Below are positions 45,001 through 57,000 of a DNA stretch of 64,000 nt, piece after piece. The position numbers were made by a program, and so were the translations under genes. The stretch lies in assembly GCF_964355755.1 (NCBI RefSeq), contig NC_092675.1:1545812-1609811 (forward strand). Reading direction: 5' to 3'. This DNA comes from Antedon mediterranea (lineage: Eukaryota; Animalia; Echinodermata). Position 1 is the first letter of the stretch. Each line of letters starts with the position of its first letter. Under the pieces are notes generated by a model. That model worked only from the letters and a program-made list of their open reading frames with translations. It was not told the origin of the DNA and did no database searches.

Positions 45001-48000
45001 TACGTTCTAGTGGGAACCAAGCTTAAAAAAGTCCAGACAAGGCAAACAACAACAATTACATCTACATTATAGTTACTAAATTTCTCTCTTTTTTTTGTGT
45101 TACAGATAATGTTAGATACAAACACACAAATTACATGGCCATCCAAGTTAAAAATAGGTGCAAAGTCAAAAAAAGGTATGTACAGTATTATTAATAAAAC
45201 AAAAACTGCAAACAAATTTTTAAGCCAATTTATAAACTGTTAAATAAAGTTTGTGCATTTATAGCTCCTTTTCACACAGGAAATAGTAAATGTATTGCCA
45301 TATTATTAATAATAATTTCTCTGTGAAAAGGAGTAAGTAAATAAGTTAAGTAAATACTCTTTAAGTTCAAGTGTTTAGTATGTCTCTCCTTATACCAATC
45401 TTTTATTCTGTAAATAATGCTTATTAAAATTATATGTCCTTGATTTAAAGTTATTAGTTGCTATTTACATTGAAATTCCATTTGTAAAATGTTTAAGTCA
45501 TATTACAAAAAAAAACTCAGACCAAATACCGGTAGTATGGTTTCTAAACCTGCACTTTTCTGAACAAGCTTAAATTGGATATTAACTAACCATACAACTC
45601 TGTATATTACATTTTAAGCACATTTAACTGAAAAGTGGACTTAGCAAAGACCCATTCACACTAGGACGATTGACGATAATTAAATAAATATGGGCCTTAA
45701 GTATGGTAAACTAAAAAAAAAGTGGGTCAATTAATGATTTTATTTGACCGAAAATAAGTCTTGCCAACACATTTTATAAGACTTAACATTAGATTGTTTT
45801 AAATGTTGGTTAAAATGTATTGCACAACAATTTAAAAACAATAGTTCTATAATTAGACTTAAGACAAGTAACACATGAAATGCAAACAAAAACACACAAC
45901 TACAATAGGATTATAATGTTAGCTTTTAATATTACAATAGATGCTTAGAACTCAACTACCATCTGTACTTTCATGCAATGATAATTCCTCCATGTGCCAC
46001 GTCAAATATGTTATTTATAGGGAGGGACGGTTCAAACAAAATCAGTATTATTTATAGGGAGGGACGGTTCAAGCGAAATCAGTATTATTTATAGGGAGGG
46101 ACGGTTCAAGCGAAATCAGTATTATTTATAGGGAGGGACGGTTCAAGCGAAATCAGTATTATTTATAGGGAGGGACGGTTCAAGCGAAATCAGTATTATT
46201 TATAGGGAGGGACGGTTCAAGCGAAATCAGTATTATTTATAGGGTGGGACGGTTCAAGCGAAATCAGTATTGTTTATAGGGAGGGACGGTTCAAGCGAAA
46301 TCAGTATTATTTATAGGGAGGGACGGTTCAAGCGAAATCAGTATTATTTATAGGGAGGGACGGTTCAAGCGAAATCAGTATTATTTATAGGGAGGGACGG
46401 TTCAAGCGAAATCAGTATTGTTTATAGGGAGGGACGGTTCAAGCGAAATCAGTATTATTTATAGGGAGGGACGGTTCAAGCGAAATCAGTATTATTTATA
46501 GGGAGGGACGGTTCAAGCGAAATCAGTATTGTTTATAGGGAGGGACGGTTCAAGCGAAATCAGTAGATTCTGTTTTTTCTTAAAAAGTATAAAGGTTCTA
46601 ATTATGATGGAACGTAATACAGTAAACCTTTTAAGGGTCCCTTTAATAGAGGATTGCCATGAAGGATTGGCCGTAGTGTTTACACCTTTGAATAGAGGTG
46701 TCCCAAAGGAGGGAGTTCTACTTAACAGAGGATTGCCATGAAGGATTGGCCGTAGTGTTTACACCTTTGAATAGAGGTGTCCCAAAGGGGGGGGGGGGGG
46801 GGGGTTCTACTTAAATGTATTACCTACTTTGTTTCTGCACTTGGTTGTTTCTTATCATATTATCACGGAGATATAAACTTTATAACTCCATGATATTGTG
46901 AAAGATATGTACTTTTGTATTAAGGTAGTGCCGCCCTCTATTATTGTACAATATTTACTTTTCAAAATTGCAAGTTTTATAATTTATATATATATCCAAT
47001 ATATATCCAATACTGTTTCGATCTTATTAGATCTCGTCGGTGATTTATATCATGGTATCTTTTATTTCCAACATGCAAAAATGCATTTGCAGCCAAAGAC
47101 TGAATTGCAGCATCTTCTTACAATAAAAATTACGAAATTTTCTTTTAAACTATTTTTGGCAGATTTAAAGTTTAGTTTTTGTATAGTTACTATAACCTTT
47201 AAAATATGGTACTGTACTGTTCACCGCTAAAGATCACTGTGCCACCACAGGGCTTTCCACTCCCTGGTAATAATACAAAGTCATTTTAAACTATTAGCAA
47301 ACCTCCCTTTTAAAAGTCTTCACTTTATGTCTTTTTTTTAAACAATCAAATTATGCAATATGTTGGTTATTCAAAGATAAAAACATCAACAATTGTGATG
47401 AATAGGTTTAACATCGTAATATTGACCTCCGATGCACTGAAGTAACAAGGTGAGGTGAAAAGCAGCCAGGGTGTTTCTTACCTGTGGTATCTAGGTCAAG
47501 AACATTTCCAGGTGGGATATAGGCTGTTTATCACTATCACCTATGTAACATCAATAAAATGTGGTCCCATAAGTGTTGTGACATAATTTATGTCATGCTC
47601 TTCTGGCAGATTTGAATTTCTAACCTTTGGTTTTTAAAGACCCCTTCCCTGCAATTTTGGACGTTTTTTGGAAAATAATACATATATATCACTTTAAAAA
47701 CATTAAACCATGTCATTCCTTGTCTTAAATGTACGTTTTATGGTAAATTATGATAAAAAGTGAGAAACAATGCACTACCTAAGTAGCTCGCGGCGATCGA
47801 CCTCTCGTGGACGGTCTTAGGCCTAGCCTAGCTAGGCTTAGTTTTGTAGGCCTAGCTGGTAAACATCGGTAACGTACGAACATCGTACGCTACCTATATA
47901 CCTAGCCTGACGTTGTATAGTTGCTGCATTAATTGTCTTTCTATTTTTGCCAGACTCCGTTGATACAAATTGGGGAAAACCCGGTATTTTCGCTGAAAAG

Positions 48001-51000
48001 TTAGGAGTCTTCCATTTGTTTTGGCCTCACGATCGATCGAAAAGTGGGCGAATTACAGGTGAAAAACAAAAATATCAATCCGCGCGCAATGCATTTTGGG
48101 ATTTATAGCGGGCCGCTATAATTATTAGAATCGACTTATTTTTCACATTTTTAACCGTTTAAAGACGAAAAAAGTTATCGCAATAGGATCATATAGTATT
48201 ATTTTTACATTAAATATAGTTTGTGATCTTAAATTAGATCTAAAAATCGTAGGGAATGGGGCTTTAAGATAATTGTATTGAAATTCGAGGTGTATAATAT
48301 ATAAAATGCCTTATTTGGAGTAATACATTATTCTCATTGTGTTTTATCAGACCATATTATTCATTAGATCTTCTGGTATATGGTTTAGATTTGATTGTTT
48401 TGAGACCTAATTTGAGACCTAATTTGAGACAGAAAGAATGACAGGAAGATTTAATTGAAAAGGAAAATGAATGAATATCCCATTTGATGAGATTTTTAAT
48501 GCAAATTTATTTCTAAGAAACTGTATATAAGAATATGATTTAGTAAGTAGCCTATGGTCATGATGATGTTATAGGTATAACATTGATGCAACATTGTAAA
48601 CTACTTCTCATTATTATTGTAAAACACATGCAATGCAAGATTAAACTTCATATCATCATTCTATGTAATACTGCCCTCTATAAGCTAATCTCCTTTGGAG
48701 GCGTTTTTCCAGTTATTGTATCTATGTACTGATGTGGGATAAACTGTAGACATGATTAATTTAGAATTTAGGGGGAATTTAGCTACTTGTTAGTTAGCTA
48801 TTGTTTTAAATATTATTGTTATGTGTAATATCTGAATGTTATTATTACCGTATTATTATTTGGAAGTTACTTCTCAAGTTTTAATTTAAAAATTGTATAC
48901 TGACAATACTCAACTAGTAATTTTTAAATGTTACGAGCTTTAATTGTACAAATTATTTCGTAGTTCATTAATAATTAATTATTAACAATACATTATTAAT
49001 TTATTTGTAGATTAACTAGACAAAATTATTCCAATACATCAAAAGAAATTAAGTTTTGAAGTTTTCAACCACAAAAAAGTATTGAATTCATTTATAAATC
49101 CAAGCAATAATACCTCCCATCAAATAAAATCTATATTCTTTTGTTATCCATTTTAAGTAGAATAATAAGTATTTTGCAAGGTTTTTACCTGCGTCAGAAA
49201 CAATCATGGTTATTGTGGACAACCATAAAGAGCGGTTAAAGGAAACCGGATGCCGACAATATATTGAGTATCCTCAACAAAAATGTGATTGTTGTATGAC
49301 AATTGACAATATAAACCGTCTTTTTGATGTATTTTTAGAAGTTTTTTTAAGTTTATTAGTTTTTCTGTCATAATTAATTTCTGTTTCCACTACAAATTCA
49401 TTGTTAAATAAATCTTTTTAAGATGCACGTGCCGATTGTGCTTAATATCTTTAGTTTGCCTGAAGAAAGAAAAATAAATTAAAGAAAAGTAGGGGAACAC
49501 AGACAAAAAATTAAATGGTTGTCTGATCAGGAAATATTAGAATAAAATTAAACCTATTTCCAAGTTTGAAGTAGTAGTATTAGGAAGTTGCACTGGTGTT
49601 TGGTTTGGTTTGGTTTGTTGTGGTTGATTATTTTATTTAATTGAAGAAAAGTGGGGGAATTGCATACAAAATATTAAATGATGGCCACTTCAGGAAATAT
49701 TTATTATAATGTTTTATGTCAAAGACCTAAAAATATAAAAAGAAACCCATTTCCAAGTTTGAAGAAATTGCATGGTAAGGAAATTTCACTTGTGTCCCAA
49801 TGACTGTAATAAAACTAAATTACTTTGAAAGTGTCGCGACTACTAACATTTGAGAATGTTGAACATCGCAACCACTACAACTGTTGTGAATGTTGCACAC
49901 AGATGTAAAGTGTCATTGCAACCACTACAACTGTGGAGAATGTTGCACACAGATGTAAAGTGTCATCGCAACCACTACAACTGTTGTGAATGTTGCACAC
50001 AGATGTAAAGTGTCATTGCAACCACTACAACTGTTGTGAATGTTGCACACAGATGTAAAGTGTCATCGCAACCACTACAACTGTCGAGAATGTTGCACAC
50101 AGATGTAAAGTGTCATCGCAACCACTACAACTGTTGTGAATGTTGCACACAGATGTAAAGTGTCATTGCAACCACTACAACTGTCGAGAATGTTGCACAC
50201 AGATGTAAAGTGTCATCGCAACCACTACAACTGTCGAGAATGTTGCACACAGATGTAAAGTGTCATCGCAACCACTACAACTGTCGAGAATGTTGCACAC
50301 AGATGTAAAGTGTCATCGCAACCACTACAACTGTCGAGAATGTTGCACACAGATGTAAAGTGTCATCGCAACCACTACAACTGTGGAGAATGTTACACAC
50401 AGATGTAAAGTGTCATTGCAACCACTACAACTGTGGAGAATGTTGCACACAGATGTAAAGTGTCATCGCAACCACTACAACTGTTGAGAATGTTGCACAC
50501 AGATGTAAAGTGTCATCGCAACCACTACAACTGTGGAGAATGTTGCACACAGATGTAAAGTGTCATCGCAACCACTACAACTGTGGAGAATGTTGCACAC
50601 AGATGTAAAGTGTCATCGCAACCACTACAACTGTTGAGAATGTTGCACACAGATGTAAAGTGTCATCGCAACCACTACAACTGTGGAGAATGTTACACAC
50701 AGATGTAAAGCGTCATCGCAACCACTACAACTGTTGAGAATGTTGCATACAAATCTAATGTGTCATTGCAACCACTACAACTGTGGAGAATGTTGCACAC
50801 AGATGTAAAGTGTCATTGCAACCACTACAACTGTGGAGAATGTTACACACAGATGTAAAGTGTCATCGCAACCACTACAACTGTTGAGAATGTTGCACAC
50901 AGATGTAATGTGTCATTGCAACCACTACAACTGTTGTGAATGTTGCATACAAATGTAATGTGTCATTGCAACCACTACAACTGTGGAGAATGTTACACAC

Positions 51001-54000
51001 AGATGTAATGTGTCATTGCAACCACTACAACTGTGGAGAATGTTACACACAGATGTAAAGTGTCATCGCAACCACTACAACTGTCGAGAATGTTGCACAC
51101 AGATGTAAAGTGTCATCGCAACCACTACAACTGTTGTGAATGTTGCACACAGATGTAATGTGTCATTGCAACCACTACAACTGTGGAGAATGTTACACAC
51201 AGATGTAATGTGTCATTGCAACCACTACAACTGTTGTGAATGTTGCACACAGATGTAATGTGTCATTGCAACCACTACAACTGTGGAGAATGTTACACAC
51301 AGATGTAATGTGTCATTGCAACCACTACAACTGTTGAGAATGTTGCACACAGATGTAATGTGTCATCGCAAACACTACAACTGTTGAGAATGTTGCACAC
51401 AGATGTAAAGTGTCATCGCAACCACTACAACAAATGTTGCACACACAAGTATCATTGCAACCAATAGAGAATGTTTCACACAGATGTATAGTGTTATCAC
51501 TAGAGAATGTTGCACATAGATGTAAAGTGTTATCACTAGAGCATGTTGCATAGGGCATACAATAGGAGAAACAGACCCTCTTATGTTTAGAATATTGTTA
51601 TTGCATTTTGCATATTTGAGAATTCAATTATTCAAGACACAATGAGTATACATACTTGCCTTGAAATTGTTATCACTATCACAACAATGTTAGACTTTGT
51701 TATCCTATTTGTTATTCCCAATATATTGATATTTATCAGTAATTCATCAAAAGAATTCATTTCACTTCAATGGGTTTTGTTAAAGGTGAAATTTATCTTA
51801 CTTTTCATGGTCAACTGTCATTACATATCTATTGAATATATATTCGGTTTCTTGTAAACTTACTTTTCAGGCATTTTTATTATGCATGTTTTATTATGCT
51901 TCTTATTTGAACAGTTGTACGTTGTGTCTCTAAGGTCAATGTTAATTAGAAATTTAATCAAAGTATTTGTAACTTACACTTGTACATTCACTTATAAACC
52001 ACAAAATTTAATAAGAGGCACCATGTGCTATGCAATAGACCAGAAAAAGGTTTATTATATGAGCTCCTGTGGCCGTATTCACCATTCACACTTAGGCACT
52101 TGGACAACATTGTTAAAATCTAATTTTTGTTTGTTGTGAATACAATTTAAGGGAAATCTTTAAATATTTTTAAAGTGAAATCATATTTGTTAAGGGAAAT
52201 ATCTCACTTAAATATGGTTGGTCAATATATTGGTTCGTGATGAAATTCATACTTGCACTACTGTTTAGGCTACTGCATTTTCAATAAAGGATTTTTATTT
52301 AATTTATTTGTTGATTGATTTTAGAGGAAAATTATGTTTGTGAAATATAAAATTTCTGTGTGATCACATCCAAATAAGTGGTATTGATTTGAAATATACA
52401 GTACCACTATTATAGCTAATGGAAGGGTAGTAATCCAGGGATGGCAACTTTTCCCAGCATGCACCGAGACAAGCATAGACATCATTACGTGGTTGCCCTA
52501 GAATTCCACCTTTGTATTAGTAATTGACGGGTTTAGGCTTAATATTCTCTCCTTTTATTCCTCGTACCTTTGGTACCAGTTCACCAGCCCTGTCTATTGT
52601 ATTGTGTTTGTTGAGAATATAATCTGCTATAGAATAAATATAAAGTAGCTAATTATATTCTCTTATTTTAAAGCTTTTCCATTCACAACCAAAACTGGTG
52701 CACGCTTTGTTGTGGTTGAGCCATGACAATGGTTGTCTGCTCTGTGTGAACGTTGATAAGACTTACGCAAAGTTCAATGCCGAATGTTTGTTTAAAGCAC
52801 TCATAAACCCTCGGGTTGGGATGACTCACTTTTGCTCATTTTTATGCAATTTAAGAAAAAAACAACCAGGAATTAATTTTTTAAATGATTAAAACTATGC
52901 CTTTTAATTGGTTAAGATTGTTTTGCGTTTACAGTAGACTCTCAGTTCCTAGTTATATTCAACTGTATCATCATATTATTTTATTATGTTGGGGACCCCT
53001 TTGGAAACAAGCCTCTGGGCTTAAAGGGCCATCCCCTGCTTTCCATGCTTATTTTCTTGTCTAGTCTTGTATTTTTATATTTTATGTTTCTCTTTTTATT
53101 TCATTTACATTAAACTGTTTTATTTATTTGTACTGTATTTGGAAAGCAATAAATATTACTTACTTACTTACTTACATGTTTGCCACTATGTAATGTATTT
53201 TGAACTGTAACTAAGATTATGTTTAGCAATACCTGTACATTAAACAAACAAACATCTTTAAACACTTTGTATTCTCATGTGTTACTGTATCTAATGATAC
53301 AGGATGAACTTTTATGTTAAAACCAATTGTATTGTAAATTGTATGTCTTGAAAAATGTAAAAATAATATGACGTATTTGGGCCTACTTTTTATAATAAAA
53401 TTTAAGTATGGATTAATACCAAGGTTTTATAAAATGCTATTTGAATGCAATATTGTGGTCTTAATCTGACTTCACATAGAAGGCCACTGAACAGCAGAAA
53501 CATTTGACTACTTTCTGTGGATAAGTATCATTATTACACATCCAGCCATTAATGACCACCAAATGAGAAAACGTTTTATCTGCAAAATGTACGGTTCTTT
53601 TGTATGTTTGTTGAACAGACATTAGTTGGCATCTTCTGCACAGTAGTTCCTATAGCTTTATAAACCTACCCTATGACCTGTATTAACTTTACAGATCTGA
53701 CCCTTTGCCTTTTGTAGACTAGGAGCCAAAATCCAAGACCCCAGTCAACAGAAATGTTATGTTACCAACTTCCAAGACCCCAGTCAACAGAAATGTTATG
53801 TTACCAAAATCCAAGACCCCAGTCAACAGAAATGTTATGTTACCAACTTCCAAGACCCCAGTCAACAGAAATGTTATGTTACCAACTTCCAAGACCCCAG
53901 TCAACAGAAATGTTATGTTACCAAAATCCAAGACCCCAGTCAACAGAAATGTTATGTTACCAAAATCCAAGACCCCAGTCAACAGAAATGTTATGTTACC

Positions 54001-57000
54001 AAAATCCAAGACCCCAGTCAACAGAAATGTTATGTTACCAACTTCCAAGACCCCAGTCAACAGAAATTTTATGTTACCAACTTCTGTTTGTTTCCCTAAT
54101 CTTTTATTTCCCGGGGAAAGGCAACCTTATTGATATAATCTTACCATTCACAATTACTTGTATTGAACTCACATTGTTATAGTTTGTTGTTAAAACTTAG
54201 AAAAGAACAATGTCTAAAGAATCGAGAATAGCTATTGTACAATATATGAATGGTATCATCATATCTGACTCATATTATATAAATAGGTTAGTTTTAAGTG
54301 TTCATAATTAGTAGTTTATATTGCTCCCGACGAATAGGTCATTCAACTCTGATTTATCAATTTTGATCGATCTTAGTTTATAGTTGTAGTGTGGAGAAGA
54401 GATATACAAACATTTCTTATGCAAACAAACAAAACTGAAACAATACGTTGTTGATAGCTGATTCCCAGAAATGCCAATGTGCTAGATTGGCAAGTGACAA
54501 AAGCAGTGTAGTAGTTCATGATCAAAATTAAGATTTGAGTACATACTGTATTCACAACCTGTTAATTAGAGAAGGGAAAGGGAGTTGGCATGCAGGGGCG
54601 GATCCAGCATTATAGATTAGGAGAGCTAAATATCTCACAAAAGATAAAAACGATCCTTCAGGTTGCAGGAAAAAAAAAAGTCATTATTTTATTTTACAAA
54701 GTTTAGGGGAGACTTAAGCGTGTTGAGCCCCCACCTAAACCCGCCCCTGGGGTGGGTGTGGGTAGAAACTGGGGAATTTCGTCATACTTTGAGAACGTTG
54801 GACTGTTGTTCTGTAAACTATCACATTTTTTGTTATCTCTTAATGACAAGATAGTGTTGACAGATGAAATTATTATTTTTTACTAATGCCAAGAAATTTC
54901 TGAATTCTTAGAAAATGTTTTCAACTTAAAAAATAATGAATCTTGATATTCTGCCCCGTACTTTATCCATCGATCATAAACACTTTAAAAGTTTAATTTA
55001 AACGTGTTTCTGCTGCAAATAACGTTGAAAATGGCATTTCTCATGAATGTGTGCTTCCAAAAAACATGTTTAAATCAGTGGGTGATGAATGACTACCATA
55101 CCCAACAAAGAGTATTCACAGACAAAGTTGACATCTGTTTGTTTACATTGACATACACATGTGTGACAAAAATTATCCTTATTTAGCAAGTTTATATTTT
55201 TGTTTATTAGCTGTATTTTGATCAAAAGTAGCAGGGTGTAAACAAAATCCCAATTATTTAAAAAAAATAACTGTTATTGCAGCTAAATGTTGATTGCATA
55301 GCCAAGCTTACCTGGATAAACCAATGTTTTTCCCTTGGAGAAAACTTCACACATATGATTGGGTATGTTTGCCATTATGTTTAGAATGACATTAAACTGG
55401 TAATTTTCCCAATTTTTTGTTGTTGAAAATATAGGTAATGTATTCATATACGGTTAAAGCAGCTATTTCCTCCAACCAGAAACAGACCCTTGTATGAAAT
55501 CTTATTACTATTTGTGTGAAGCCACAAACCACTTGCTATAATCTGTCACTTGGCCAATACTTCAACATCTACTTGAATTCTCAGAAAACACTGAAAAAAA
55601 TAATAATAATTTGTAATTTATAGTAGGAATTTAACAATTAAGAATTTAATTTTCTTAATGTGCCATGCAAGTCATTAAAAAAAAAAAATATTTGCTATAT
55701 AAATAAGCTTTTTGTACAGTATCATTAATCCAGTGTTATACAGAACGTCCATTTTGGTTTGATTAAGGATGTATGAATACTACGGAAATTCATACAGGCT
55801 ATGCAAAGTTATGATTGGGCCTAAAATTATGGGAAATCCCTGGTAGAATTACTACAACAACATGTAATGTCCTCCTTTCCCAGTTTTTCATGTGTCAAAA
55901 CACATAGTTGTAGCAGCCTTTTGTTTTCATGATGTACCACCTGACTAGACAACTCTCAAGTTTGAAAATCATGATGCGCACTCAGAAATATATGCACATA
56001 TCAGAATGTCTTTTACTGTTTTTCTGTATTAATTTAAGATACTGTAGTTTAAGGGGGAGGCCGCTTAATTAGCCACTAGCCTTAACGGCTATGTGACTAT
56101 CGTGTCTCCAAATTGTCATAAATAAAATAAATAAAAATACAGCACGTAAAAAACTACCAAACTTTTTGTCACACTTTGGAAATTTTGTATCAAGAATACT
56201 AAAATTAATTGTTGCAAGTTTGAGAACTCTGAATCTACAATGTGTTACTTCAAAATGGTGAAATTTATTCTTATTTGAAACAAAATTGTTGATTTTACAT
56301 AATAAATTTGTCATATTAATATTGCAAGTGATCAAATAAGATAATAATTATAAATAGTCTTGTCATTAGAATTATACATACATATGGTGCAGTACTATAC
56401 AACAAAAATCAGCCAACCATGACTGATTAAATTTCCCATTTCTATGACAACCCTGTTGTGTTTACCCCGTATAAATAATGGTCTAGGCTGTGAGGCATGT
56501 CCTGAGGCATTGATAACTATTTCCTATCTATTGTTGCGGCCACTGAATACAATGGAAATCAAGATTCTTTACTTGTTGTAAACATAAGAGTGCCTATTAG
56601 TTTGAGCATGTTGTCATAGGTCCTTCCCTCTTTCAACAATGAACTCTCTGTGTTTATGCAAATCCAGCCATTTGTCAAGTACGGTTGGACCTACTTGTTT
56701 GGAATCTACCACTATTATGGCAAGTTTAGGGTGCTGTTGTGCTGTGATTGATGCAGTACTATAGTAGGTACGGTAGAATGAAGTATCATTCTATATGTGA
56801 TACTTGGCAATTGAACTACTAAAGCAAGTGAACGTGAACGATTTATCTGTGACACTAAATATTTGTCTTTGATTTTATGATTTTGTTTTATGTGTGTTGT
56901 TTATTTTGTTTCTGCTATGTGACTGAACGAGATCAGACTATGCTAAATTTGGATTTATCAAATGGTTTATCAGAATTTTGTATACCATACATCATCAACT

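Noticed and set aside
46010-46565. 37-bp repeats of CRISPR-like length (also the 33-, 39- and 50-bp arrays)
   Set aside because: Units are head-to-tail with no unique spacers, there are no cas genes and the context is a eukaryotic intron. These are minisatellites.
53719-54182. Long repetitive ORFs (also 772-1020, 36877-37162, 62194-62762, 27406-27689)
   Set aside because: Open frames arise from stop-free tandem repeat units in several frames. No splice or homology support.
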